A stretch of 51,471 nt of DNA from Chloroflexota bacterium (GTDB lineage: Bacteria > Chloroflexota > Dehalococcoidia > Lucifugimonadales > UBA2985): the NCBI GenBank assembly GCA_043816345.1, contig JBDRIA010000040.1, positions 1 to 51,471 of the forward strand, in the 5' to 3' direction. Below are positions 8,558-17,616 of the stretch, piece after piece. Both the position numbers and the translations under genes were made by a program. The notes under the pieces are model-generated. The model saw only the letters and a list, made by a program, of their open reading frames with translations, was not told the DNA's origin and searched no databases. The number at the start of each line of letters is the position of its first letter. The stretch's first letter is position 1.

Positions 8558-9814
8558 ATGGCTGAGGGGGTCGAGGGTGAAATCGAAAGGCTTGTTCTGG
8601 AGCGGGGTAGAATCACCTTCGCCCAGTTCATGGAGGTGGCACTCTACTCGCCTCGTGGAGGCTACTACACCGCCAGGATGCATCGAGGCGAGTGGGATTT
8701 CTACACCTCGCCCGTAGCCCACCCCATCTTCGGTGCGTTGGTAGCACTTCAGTTGGAGCAACTGTGGGAGCTTATGGGCTCGCCTTCCCCCTTCTACGTG
8801 CTGGAGGTGGGCGCAGGCGGGGGTGTCCTGGCCCGGGATATCGTGGCATATTCATCTGGTCTACCCTCTGGGTTCCCCAATGCCCTGGAGTATATTGGGG
8901 TGGACTACGAAGCTGCCCGGGACTCTTCAGTCAATGTCCAACCAATCAAGGCCCGCGGCCTGCCATTCAGGGACGTGGTGGGATGCGTCCTCTCCAATGA
9001 GCTCCTGGACGCCTTCCCCGTCCACCGTTTTGCCATACAAGGGAGACATGTCAAAGAGGTCTACGTCACTTTGAAAGAAGGCAAGTTTGTAGAGGTCCTT
9101 GACGAGCCCTCTACGCCCCGACTGGAGCAGCGACTATCGAGCTTGGACCTGAACTTGCCGGAGGGATTTCGGGGGGAGATAAACCTGGCTATGAATGGGT
9201 GGGTAGAAGAGCTATCCAATGTATTGAGACGAGGGTTGGTGCTCACCTTCGACTACGGCCATGTAGCCCCGGACCTGTACTCTCTCGAACGATCCCGTGG
9301 CACCCTACGTTGCTACTACAGGCACGTCCTGGGGGGCAATCCTTACCAGCGCGTAGGCCGTCAGGATATCACGGCCCACGTGGACTTCACCTCTTTGATG
9401 CGTTCAGGAGAGGAACACGGGCTGACCACGATGGGTTTCACCACTCAACGGGAGTTCCTACAAAACCTGGGGTTCTCCTTCTTTTTGGACTCCCTTGGTG
9501 AGAGGGAATTGTCTCAGAGGGAACGGGACACCAATCGAATGGGTATGCTGGACCTGGTCAAGGCCGGTGAGATGGGCGACTTCAAGGTGCTGGCCCAGGC
9601 AAAGGGGCTGGGCCTTGATGAGGAACTCCTGGGCTTCGCCCTTCCAGGGAAGGGCTTCGCTTCCAACAAGCCTTCGAGAAAAGGCCCTGGGGTTGACAGG
9701 GAGCTTCCCCAGGCCCCGCTTCTATCTAAAGAGCACCTCGACCTGGTGGCTGGCCGTTACCCTCACATCTCCTGGGAGTGGGAAGGCCTGTGGCCCTTTG
9801 GCCAGGGGAGCTAG
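8558..9814 (+). CDS. SAM-dependent methyltransferase, MidA/NDUFAF7 family
   Basis: ITFAQFMEVALY.P..GYY, DFYTSP, EVGAGGG, SNELLDAFP, DYG and QDITAHVDF. Confidence 0.9.
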   Translation: MAEGVEGEIERLVLERGRITFAQFMEVALYSPRGGYYTARMHRGEWDFYTSPVAHPIFGALVALQLEQLWELMGSPSPFYVLEVGAGGGVLARDIVAYSSGLPSGFPNALEYIGVDYEAARDSSVNVQPIKARGLPFRDVVGCVLSNELLDAFPVHRFAIQGRHVKEVYVTLKEGKFVEVLDEPSTPRLEQRLSSLDLNLPEGFRGEINLAMNGWVEELSNVLRRGLVLTFDYGHVAPDLYSLERSRGTLRCYYRHVLGGNPYQRVGRQDITAHVDFTSLMRSGEEHGLTTMGFTTQREFLQNLGFSFFLDSLGERELSQRERDTNRMGMLDLVKAGEMGDFKVLAQAKGLGLDEELLGFALPGKGFASNKPSRKGPGVDRELPQAPLLSKEHLDLVAGRYPHISWEWEGLWPFGQGS

Positions 9815-9941
9815 TGCGTACAGGCGGAGAAGGGCATCACAATCAACCGCTCGTGGTGAGCTCCGACCCCGATGGGATCGAGAGTCTCGACAAAGTCGGA
9901 TCAGTCGAACCATGAGCCGCTCATCCTGAGCCAGTCGAAGG
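9799..9941. repeat. Composite REP-like element, copy 1; supplies the stop codon of the MidA-like gene
   Basis: tggccaggggagctagtgcgtac...catgagccgctca..gtcgaagg is shared with 34739-34841. Confidence 0.75.
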
Positions 9942-10020
9942 ATGGACGGCTGCCTATGACCTATGATTGTATCGGAAACTAGGCCATAGTATACGATATG
10001 CTACAGGCCAAGAGACAACC

Positions 10021-10257
10021 ATGAAATACGCTAAATCTTCACCTGCACTTGCCACAGAAGTGTGGTTCGATGCTTCTATGCTTCACGTGCGGCTAGCCGA
10101 TGGGCGGGAGATTAGCGCTCCCCTCGAATGGTTCCCACGACTGAGGGACGCTGGTGACAAAGAGAGAGGTAACTGGCGGCTCATAGGTGAAGGCGTGGGC
10201 ATTCACTGGGAAGACCTGGACGAGGACCTGTCTGTGGTGGGGTTGCTGGAGGCATAG
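10021..10257 (+). CDS. DUF2442-family protein (antitoxin-like)
   Basis: LHVRLADGREISAPLEWFPRL..A...R.NWRLIGEGVGIHWEDLDEDLSV.GLL. Confidence 0.88.
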   Translation: MKYAKSSPALATEVWFDASMLHVRLADGREISAPLEWFPRLRDAGDKERGNWRLIGEGVGIHWEDLDEDLSVVGLLEA

Positions 10258-10394
10258 CCATCGGCGGCCAGCCCTTCCGTCCGAGGAAGGGCCAGCACCA
10301 TGCCCAGGTAGGCAAAGGGCAGTGCGAAGATGGTGTGCTCGAACCGAATGGAGTCCAGGATGAGCCGGAGCTTGGCGATGTAGGCGGATTCCAC
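10258..10394 (-). pseudogene. 5' stub of a UbiA-family prenyltransferase (MqnP-like), copy 1
   Basis: MESAYIAKLRLILDSIRFEHTIFALPFAYLGMVLA is the characteristic MqnP N-terminus. It is truncated after about 45 codons. Confidence 0.75.
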
Positions 10395-10431
10395 ACCCTT
10401 CTTTTCTTCAAGAATAAGTTCTGTCCAGAAT

Positions 10432-11034
10432 CTACTGAACTGAGAAATGCTTAACCAGAACCGACGTTACTATATTGGAGCTTGGAATCATGATGTCCCG
10501 GTCTTCTGCATTCAGCACTGTGTGCATGAGGGTAATGTTCTTCACGGTTCCCGAGTTTCCACCTACTGTAATGTTATCTCCAATACGCACCGGCCGGGAT
10601 ATGGCAAGGAAGACACCAGCCACTGCGTTGCCAATCACCGTCTGGGTGGCCAAGCCTGCAACTAGGCCGGCGAAGCTGCCCGCAGTCAGGGCCGCCGCTG
10701 CGTTGGAGGTCAACAGGGATACCACTGTAGCCAGTATTATTGCGTAAGCGGCAAGGCGCGCTACTACCCGAAGGGCAGCGGCGATGTCACTGCCAGAGCG
10801 ACGGTGTGCCACACCGTATATCCACTGGCTTCCGAACTCCACCACAAAGGCACCGAAAATTACGATCAAGCCTACAGCAATATACTGATTGTAGGGAATC
10901 AGGAAGTCCAGGGGTTGGTCGGTCTTGATTAGCTTGGCAGTTGCCATGAGCGCTGCGATGAGAGCAACCAAAGAAAGCAGGGCAAGTGCGAGGGGGCGCA
11001 CCACTGGGGGTTGCTGTTTGTCTGTATTGGACAT
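10432..11034 (-). CDS. Small-conductance mechanosensitive channel (MscS family, short)
   Basis: Transmembrane helices followed by GLVAGLATQTVIGNAVAGVFLAISRPVRIGD..G.V..ITLMHT....IMIP. Confidence 0.85.
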   Translation of the reverse strand: MSNTDKQQPPVVRPLALALLSLVALIAALMATAKLIKTDQPLDFLIPYNQYIAVGLIVIFGAFVVEFGSQWIYGVAHRRSGSDIAAALRVVARLAAYAIILATVVSLLTSNAAAALTAGSFAGLVAGLATQTVIGNAVAGVFLAISRPVRIGDNITVGGNSGTVKNITLMHTVLNAEDRDIMIPSSNIVTSVLVKHFSVQ

Positions 11035-11834
11035 TGCACTCTCCATTTTGGCGTCTGAAGGCAAAAACATTGGGTTTCCCAAGTGACCTCAGTGATTGCA
11101 CTTGTGTCGGTGGCTGGCTTGCTGGAGGCATAGCCTCCCGCGGCCAGCCCTTCCGTCCGAGGAAGGGCCAGCACCATGCCCAGGTATGCAAAGGGCAGGG
11201 CGAAGATAGTGTGCTCGAACCGGATGGAGTCCAGGATGAGGCGCAGCTTGGCGATCAAGAAGTTGGCCGTGCCGTGGAACTCGGCAACCCAGAAGTAGGC
11301 TCCGCCGCGGAACTTGGCTTTCATGAAGTTGGCCTCGCCGCGGAACTTGGCATCTGTGAAGTCAGCCACACCATGGAACTCGGCAGCATTGAATGAGGCT
11401 TGGCCGTGGAACTGGGCATCTGGGAAGTTGGCTCTATTGCGGAACTGGACATCCCAGAAGTTGGCCGCACGGTGGAACTCGGTACTCCCAAACCAGGCCC
11501 AACCGTGGAACCTTGCACGAAAGAAGCTTGCCGCACCGTGGAACTTGGCATAGGAGAAGTCTGCCTGACTGGCGAACGTGGCATCCTGGAAATTGACGAC
11601 CTTCTTGAACACCCTGCCACCAAAGTTGGCGTCCGCGGGGAAGACTACACCGGACAGGTCAATCTCCTTTACACCGGGGGCACCTTCATCGCTCTGTATC
11701 TTCTCCTCCAACCTGCGGTTGAACAAAGCCACGTCTTTGTCCGCACTGTCGTAGTGAAGAATGCAGTAGCCGTTGCAGCCGTCGTCTGGCAGCAGGTTGC
11801 ATCGCGGGTAGCTGCACTTGTCACCTGTGGTCAT
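10929..11834 (-). CDS. Pentapeptide-repeat protein with a Cys/His N-terminus, truncated and fused in frame to the MqnP stub (probable pseudogene)
   Basis: C..C...C..H N-terminus, then 11-aa A.F..A.F.G repeats, then an abrupt switch to IAKLRLILDSIRFEH. The C-terminal tail overlaps mscS. Confidence 0.7.
   Translation of the reverse strand: MTTGDKCSYPRCNLLPDDGCNGYCILHYDSADKDVALFNRRLEEKIQSDEGAPGVKEIDLSGVVFPADANFGGRVFKKVVNFQDATFASQADFSYAKFHGAASFFRARFHGWAWFGSTEFHRAANFWDVQFRNRANFPDAQFHGQASFNAAEFHGVADFTDAKFRGEANFMKAKFRGGAYFWVAEFHGTANFLIAKLRLILDSIRFEHTIFALPFAYLGMVLALPRTEGLAAGGYASSKPATDTSAITEVTWETQCFCLQTPKWRVQCPIQTNSNPQWCAPSHLPCFLWLLSSQRSWQLPS
11119..11255 (-). repeat. Second copy of the MqnP-like 5' stub, direct repeat of 10243-10379
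   Basis: About 137-bp near-identical repeat with mostly synonymous differences. Confidence 0.85.
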
Positions 11835-11909
11835 TCTGTGTTCGTCCCTGCCTGCGCCAAGGTGTCACCCCGTTCAGATTATACTCCGCTTGGGGAAGAC
11901 CCACGCCCC

Positions 11910-11953
11910 AGATTCCTCGTCGTCCCGACGAGTCGGGACTCCTCGGAATGACA
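11910..11953. repeat. Half of a palindromic REP-like element with a nested CCCGAC..GTCGGG hairpin
   Basis: agattcctcgtcgtcccgacgagtcgggactcctcggaatgaca, related to 23650-23774. Confidence 0.6.
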
Positions 11954-12004
11954 AAAGGGGGCGCTCAGCATAACATTCATCCTATTCGTTTATGCCCTTC
12001 GTGA

Positions 12005-12035
12005 CGTAGGGGCAGGTTTGAAACCTGCCCCTACG
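12005..12035. repeat. GTAG-type REP palindrome, possibly acting as a terminator
   Basis: cgtaggggcaggtttgaaacctgcccctacg is a perfect inverted repeat. Confidence 0.8.
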
Positions 12036-12056
12036 GGATGAGCGGCTCTAATAGCT

Positions 12057-13511
12057 TCACAGCCCGTACTGCTGCCACTTGCGGTCCACCAGGGCCTTTA
12101 TCTCGTCGGTCATGACTATGTCCGGGGGCCACGCCCTGGTGCGGCCCTCCAGGGGGCCTTTGGCCGTGGCGTCTATCCCCATCTTGCTGCCGAGCTTGGG
12201 CGTCGGCGAGGCATGGTCGAGGTCGTCAACAGGGCCGGAGGCGAAGACGATGTCCTGCTCAGGATTGAGGTTGTTGGTGACCCGCCACGCCACCTCGGAC
12301 AGGTCCTGCACGTCGACAGAGCCGTCAACCACCACAATGGTCTTGGCCAGCATCATGAGGCCAAGTCCCCACAGGGCGTACATCACCTTGCGGGCCTGCC
12401 CCGGGTACTCCTTGTTGATGGCAACGATGACCAGGTTGTGGAACACCCCCTCCGCGGGCATGTTGATGTCCACAACCTCCGGCAGCATCATCCGGATGAT
12501 GGGCATGAAGAGTCGCTCCGTGGCCTTGCCCATGTAGTAGTCCTCCTGCACGGGACGCCCAACGACGATGGCCGGGTAGATGGGGCTGTGGCGATGGGTG
12601 ATGGCGGTGAGGTGGAACACCGGGTACTGGTCTGCCAGGGAGTAGTAGCCCGTGTGGTCGCCGAAGGGGCCCTCGGTGCGAAGCTCGCCCGGAACAACGT
12701 ACCCTTCCAGGACAATCTCCGCGTCGGCTGGAACCTCCAGATCGACGGTCTTGCCCCTCACCAACTCCACCCCCTCCTCACGCAGGAAGCCGGCCATGAC
12801 CAGCTCATCCAGGTCCGGGGGCAGGGGCGCCGAGCCTGTCCAGATGGTCGCGGGGTCACCGCCCAGGGCCACGGCCACTTCCAGACGCTCCTGGCCCCGC
12901 TCCAGGGCCACACGCTCGTGATGGGTGCCCACCTTGTGGGTCTGCCAGTGCATCCCAGCGGTCTGGCCGTCGTAGACCTGCATCCGGTACATCCCCACGT
13001 TGCGGGCGCCAGTCTCGGGGTCTTTGGTTATCACCAGGGGCAGGGTGATGAAGCGCCCGGCGTCCATGGGCCAGCATTTGAGGATGGGGAGACGGTTCAG
13101 GTCGGCGTCCGGGCCGGTGAGGACTGCCTCCTGGCAGGGTGCAGCGCGGACCAGCTTGGGCTGATACCCCGCCATCTTGACAATATCCACCAGGGTGCGC
13201 ACCCTGTCCACGAGGCCTGAAGGTGGGCCCTGCACCATCCCCAGGAGCTTTCCTACCCGGTCACCCAGGTCGTCCAGGCGCTCGACGCCCAGTGCCCAGG
13301 CGGTGCGCTGCGCTGACCCGTAGGTGTTGATGAGGACGGGCATGTGATACCCCTCCACGTTCTCGAAGAGGAGGGCAGGTCCTCCCCGTTTCACCACGCG
13401 GTCGGTTATCTCCGTAATCTCCAACTCGCAGCTAACGGAGGTTTTGATGCGGAGCAACTCCCCTTTGCCCTCAAGGAAGGTGATGAACTCTCGTATGTCC
13501 TTGAACTTCAC
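12057..13511 (-). CDS. ubiD: UbiD-family menaquinone-biosynthesis decarboxylase (MqnL-like)
   Basis: GGPALLFENV, RNVGMYRMQV, EGPFGDHTGYY, YPGQARKVM and KMGIDAT. Confidence 0.92.
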   Translation of the reverse strand: MKFKDIREFITFLEGKGELLRIKTSVSCELEITEITDRVVKRGGPALLFENVEGYHMPVLINTYGSAQRTAWALGVERLDDLGDRVGKLLGMVQGPPSGLVDRVRTLVDIVKMAGYQPKLVRAAPCQEAVLTGPDADLNRLPILKCWPMDAGRFITLPLVITKDPETGARNVGMYRMQVYDGQTAGMHWQTHKVGTHHERVALERGQERLEVAVALGGDPATIWTGSAPLPPDLDELVMAGFLREEGVELVRGKTVDLEVPADAEIVLEGYVVPGELRTEGPFGDHTGYYSLADQYPVFHLTAITHRHSPIYPAIVVGRPVQEDYYMGKATERLFMPIIRMMLPEVVDINMPAEGVFHNLVIVAINKEYPGQARKVMYALWGLGLMMLAKTIVVVDGSVDVQDLSEVAWRVTNNLNPEQDIVFASGPVDDLDHASPTPKLGSKMGIDATAKGPLEGRTRAWPPDIVMTDEIKALVDRKWQQYGL

Positions 13512-13520
13512 GACTTCTAC

Positions 13521-14168
13521 CTACCTCTCCGCTCCGGCGCAGATGCTGCGAAGAAGAAGCTCTTTCAGGGTGTCCAGAGTCTCCTCCAGGGGGTCGGGCT
13601 GGCCCTTCCATCCGTGGAGGGGCTGGTCGGTGTACAGCCAGTGGACTATCACCTCGTTCACGGCGCCCAGCCAGGCATATGCTGTTATCTCCGTGTTCAA
13701 CGGTGGTATCGAGCCTTCGGCCACCGCTCCATCCAGGTGCTCCTTGATCAGAGAGGCAAACCTGGCGTGGATGGCCAGCAGGCGCTCATCGAAGGCTTTG
13801 CCCAAGCCAACACCTCCCACAAGGAGGATCTTGGCTAGACTGCGATGTCGAGAGAAGGTGTTGAACACCGTCTCCAGGGCGGCATTCACCTTAGCCAGCG
13901 CCCCCCTCTCCTGGCCTATGGCCTCCTCCGCTGACCGGGCCAGGGAAGCGATGAAACGGTCTACCAGGGAGAAGAAGATGTCCTGCTTGCTGGGGAAGTG
14001 GAAGTAGAAGGAGCCTTTGGAGGTCTGGGACACTTTTACGATGTCGTCCACGGCCGTGCCGTGGTAGCCTTTTTCTGAGAAGACCTCCGTGGCCGCATCA
14101 AGGATGCGCTGGCGGGTGGACTCCTTGCCCCCCGGAACGGGTTGAACCTGGGTATCCTTGTCCGCCAT
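13521..14168 (-). CDS. TetR/AcrR-family transcriptional regulator
   Basis: RQRILDAA.EVF.EKGY..T.VDDIV......KGSFYFHF.SK. Confidence 0.93.
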   Translation of the reverse strand: MADKDTQVQPVPGGKESTRQRILDAATEVFSEKGYHGTAVDDIVKVSQTSKGSFYFHFPSKQDIFFSLVDRFIASLARSAEEAIGQERGALAKVNAALETVFNTFSRHRSLAKILLVGGVGLGKAFDERLLAIHARFASLIKEHLDGAVAEGSIPPLNTEITAYAWLGAVNEVIVHWLYTDQPLHGWKGQPDPLEETLDTLKELLLRSICAGAER

Positions 14169-14179
14169 GCCTTCTCTCC

Positions 14180-14197
14180 AGACCGACTGGTCAGTCT
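14180..14197. promoter_or_regulatory. Candidate TetR operator
   Basis: Imperfect palindrome AGACCGACTGGTCAGTCT about 12 nt upstream of the tetR start codon. Confidence 0.5.
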
Positions 14198-14480
14198 ACA
14201 GTCTAGGCGAGGCAGGCACGGGCGTCAAGTGGCCTTTGAGGTCCCTACATGGCCAGGTGTACAAGTCACGTATGCAAGCGGAGAACTCCGTTTCTTGTCC
14301 CGAAGATCTGAGGACCACAATAGGTGGGGTTGCTGGTCACCCTAACTACTATTGTATCAAAGGTCTCCGTTATGAATTCCGCAAGAACAGACCGCTACAT
14401 CTTGACAAGAAAAATATCATGCGGTATTCTTTCTGCAGTAGGAAATAACACTACGCATAGTGTTATAAGGAGAATATGCT

Positions 14481-15149
14481 ATGGTAGACAGAATATATAC
14501 CCCGAACGAAGTGGCAGAGATATTAAAAATACCTCAAGAAGCCGTCCAACACTTGGTAGAAACGATGGAGCTCAAGGCGTTCTTGGCTGATAGGCGTTAC
14601 GTACGCGTAACAGAAGAAGCCTTGAAAGAGTTCATCAACAGGCCATATCCTAGTCAATTTACCGGCAAGACTGACGCGGGCTTAGGAAAGACAGGTGGAG
14701 GTGTTCTGCTTATGAAGAGAAACCGCAATACGCGGCTAGAGAGTGAAGGTCGCGCTTGGGCGCTAGACCAAATCAAGGAGGCCTGTGGATCTGGATCTCT
14801 GAGGGTTCATACGAGACGGCATTTCACAGTGAATGGGAAACAGGGAATCATGGGAGTTTCCACCACGCCTTCTGGAACTAGGGCAGAGTACTGGTTTGGC
14901 TTCAGTGACAAGCTGCTAGTAACTGACCTTCCAACCTTCATCGTGCCTGTTTTGGCTGATAGAAAAATCGCGTTCGTCATTCCTTACAATCACCATAGGC
15001 CACTGTTTGACGGATTGTCACGCGATCGATTGGGGGAGAAGAAGTTCAATATTGAAGAACGATCTGGATCATTCTATCTAAAGGGCGTAGGAGTACCTAC
15101 GCCCCTGGCTTTGGCCGCGTACATGAATTCGTTCGACAGGTTCCGATGA
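14481..15149 (+). CDS. Excisionase-like HTH (HTH_17) fused to an unrecognised C-terminal domain
   Basis: IYTPNEVAEILKI....V..LV....LKAF....YVRVTEEALKEF; visibly more AT-rich than its neighbours; AAGGAG RBS. Confidence 0.7.
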   Translation: MVDRIYTPNEVAEILKIPQEAVQHLVETMELKAFLADRRYVRVTEEALKEFINRPYPSQFTGKTDAGLGKTGGGVLLMKRNRNTRLESEGRAWALDQIKEACGSGSLRVHTRRHFTVNGKQGIMGVSTTPSGTRAEYWFGFSDKLLVTDLPTFIVPVLADRKIAFVIPYNHHRPLFDGLSRDRLGEKKFNIEERSGSFYLKGVGVPTPLALAAYMNSFDRFR

Positions 15150-15351
15150 TCCTCCGCATCCGGGGAGATTGAAAGGGTCTGGGCATCTGCCAGATCCCAG
15201 GCAAATCTACTCCTCCCCTATTAGCAGGAATCTCAGAAACAGATGTCGCTAGCCAGACCATCCCAGCAGGAATGGCAGTGCTAACGCGGCAGAGCCGCAC
15301 TACACCAACGGACTACCCCAGCTTACGAGCGAACCCGGGGCGCATGCATAG

Positions 15352-15547
15352 CACCACTGGAAGAAGGTACGTACCACCAATGCCATCGAGAGGGCCTTCC
15401 GAGAAATACGGCGCAGAACCAGGCCCATGAGCTGCTTTCAGAACTCAGCTAGTATAGACCGAATCATCTACGGCATTATCACCCATCTCAACACTTCCTG
15501 GGAGGAAAAACCCTTCAGAGAATTTACACTCTTCTCTTGACACTACC
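15352..15547 (+). mobile_element. IS256-family 3' remnant with right end
   Basis: Encodes KKVRTTNAIERAFREIRRRTRPMSCFQN..S..RIIY and ends TTTACAC...TTGACACTACC. Confidence 0.85.
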
Positions 15548-15599
15548 CGAAGGGTAGGCGCGGCTGCGCTATGGGTGCATCCTGTGGTAAAATGTACCT

Positions 15600-16493
15600 A
15601 TGAAATTCGGGGCCTTTGAGATAGACGAACCTATCCCGGAGTTGAGGAACCCCCATGCCCTCGCCACTCTTCGCCCCTGGGTGGACGTGGGAAGTGTGGG
15701 CCGCCTCACCTTCCGCAGTCTGGAGCGCCACTTTCAGGCTCAAGACGTGGCCAAGCTCGCCAGGCCTGGCATCTTCTTCGACTTCACTCGCTATCGCCCC
15801 ACCATATATACCCTCGAAGGGCAGCGTCAGGTGACGGTGCCCACCGTACATGTCAGGTACGCCAGAGGGCCGGGGGAAAACGACTTCATCTTCCTGCATC
15901 TGCTGGAGCCTCACCTGAACGGTGAAGGCTACGTTCACTCCGTTATGAAGCTCTTGGAGAAGCTCGGAGTAAGGAGATACTGCCTCCTTGGGGCCATGTA
16001 CGACCTGGTGCCCCATACCCGGCCTATACTGGTAACCGGGGCCGCCACGGGCGAACACACCCTGCAACAGGTGAGGAGTCTTGGCGTATATTCCAGCAAC
16101 TACGAGGGACCCACCAGCATCGCCTCCCTGATCTCCCAAGAAGCAACAAAGTCGGGTATCGAGACCATGGGGCTGATAGCCCACCTGCCTCAGTATGCCC
16201 AGATGGAGGTAGATCATGCCGGCCGTCTACGCCTCCTGGAGTTGCTGTGCAAGCTATATGACTTCGAGATGGACCTGGAGAGGGTCCAAATGCGGGCCAG
16301 ACAGCAGAATGAAGAGATATCCTCGGCCATGAGTCGCAGCCCAGAGATACGGGTCTTGGTGGAGCAACTGGAGCACCAGTACGAGGATAGGGTCAAGAGG
16401 TTGGAGGAAGGCAGACCGGAGGAGGAACCTGATCTCTCCCCCGAGGTGCAGGACTTCCTTGATCAGCTGGGTGACCAGTTCGGCCAGAACTGA
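15600..16493 (+). CDS. PAC2 (proteasome assembly chaperone)-family protein
   Basis: PWVDVGSVG, FFDFTRYRP, LEPH, VPHTRP, YEGPTSI and AHLPQY; acidic helical C-terminus. Confidence 0.88.
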   Translation: MKFGAFEIDEPIPELRNPHALATLRPWVDVGSVGRLTFRSLERHFQAQDVAKLARPGIFFDFTRYRPTIYTLEGQRQVTVPTVHVRYARGPGENDFIFLHLLEPHLNGEGYVHSVMKLLEKLGVRRYCLLGAMYDLVPHTRPILVTGAATGEHTLQQVRSLGVYSSNYEGPTSIASLISQEATKSGIETMGLIAHLPQYAQMEVDHAGRLRLLELLCKLYDFEMDLERVQMRARQQNEEISSAMSRSPEIRVLVEQLEHQYEDRVKRLEEGRPEEEPDLSPEVQDFLDQLGDQFGQN

Positions 16494-16520
16494 TCGGCTG
16501 TCTCTCTGCATTCTTCACTG

Positions 16521-16673
16521 TCTGTCACTATGAAGAAGTGAAGTGATTGAAGAATCCTGTTCAGAGCTTGCCCTTGGGTGAAACGAAGAAGGGGGAACTC
16601 CGCTAAGGGTCTCTTCCCTGTGAGCCAGATGCTTCGGTTGTCCCAACATGTGGAGATTCCCTCAGCATGACAG
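16521..16673. repeat. Degenerate palindromic REP-like element
   Basis: ctgtca...gaagaatc....agatgcttcg...ctcagcatgacag, the same architecture as 23650-23774. Confidence 0.5.
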
Positions 16674-16687
16674 ATGGGACATTCCGA

Positions 16688-16739
16688 TATCCCCCATATC
16701 CCCAACGAACCCATATCCCCAATATCCCCAACGAACCCA
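16688..16739. repeat. Short tandem repeat (atatcccca / acgaaccca units)
   Basis: atatccccaacgaaccc occurs twice, with extra atatcccc units. Confidence 0.6.
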
Positions 16740-16788
16740 CTTCTACCACCCGCCTGGCCTGTGCTCTGCTTGCAGAAGGAGTTGACTC

Positions 16789-17616
16789 ATGCCCGAAGCG
16801 CCTGACCTGGAGGTAATCAAGGACTTCCTCAACCAGCGGATCAGGGACCGGGTGGTTGAGCAGGCCCGGGTGCTAAAACCTCTGGAGCTGCGAGTCCTGA
16901 CTTCCACCGGTTTTGCCGAGGACGTAATCGGGCGCTCCTTCCTCGGCTTCAGCCGCCGGGGCAAGTTCCTCCTCATGGAGCTCTCGGCGGAGCGAATGCT
17001 GGTGGTGAACCCCATGCTCACCGGGGCAATCCAACTCTGCCCGCCCTCGGCGCGCCTGGTCAAGAAGACCTCCTTCCTCCTGTCCCTGTCCAATGGGAAG
17101 GAGTTGCGCTACCTGGACGAGACCCAGATGGGCATGGCCTACTACATCACATCCTCCCAACTGGGAGAGGTGCCCCGTCTAGGCGAGCAGGGGCCCGACG
17201 TCCTGGACCAGTACCCCGCCTTCTCCGAATTCAAACAGAGACTTCGTCGCTTTCATGGGGAGATCAAGGGGGTGCTCACCCGGGGCCAGTTCCTGGCGGG
17301 CATCGGTAACGCCTACGCCGATGAGGTCCTCTTCGAGGCCGTCATCTTCCCCTTCAAGAAGCGCAAGGCCCTATCCGACGAGGAACTGAGCCGTCTGCAC
17401 TTGGCCATTCCCACGGTGCTGCATCACGCCATCGCCATCCTGCGGGAGCGCACAGGAGACACCACACATCTGAAGACCAGGGACTTCCTTCAGGTGCATG
17501 GTAAGGGGGGATCACCCTGCCCCCGCTGCGGTGGCAACATCACCGCCATCGGCGCAAACCAGCGCCCCACCAACTACTGCCGCCACTGCCAGCCGGGGAT
17601 GCTACTGAGGAACTGA
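16789..17616 (+). CDS. Fpg/Nei-family DNA glycosylase/AP lyase
   Basis: N-terminal MPE, RRGKFL, H2TH AGIGNAYADE and a C-terminal CPRC..YCRHCQ zinc finger. Confidence 0.92.
   Translation: MPEAPDLEVIKDFLNQRIRDRVVEQARVLKPLELRVLTSTGFAEDVIGRSFLGFSRRGKFLLMELSAERMLVVNPMLTGAIQLCPPSARLVKKTSFLLSLSNGKELRYLDETQMGMAYYITSSQLGEVPRLGEQGPDVLDQYPAFSEFKQRLRRFHGEIKGVLTRGQFLAGIGNAYADEVLFEAVIFPFKKRKALSDEELSRLHLAIPTVLHHAIAILRERTGDTTHLKTRDFLQVHGKGGSPCPRCGGNITAIGANQRPTNYCRHCQPGMLLRN

Noticed and set aside
11256-11600. 33-bp periodic DNA repeats
   Set aside because: Fully explained by the coding pentapeptide repeats.
16688-16739. Short repeats as a possible CRISPR array
   Set aside because: Units are 9-17 bp, directly adjacent, with no unique spacers and no cas genes. 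No CRISPR array was seen anywhere in the window.
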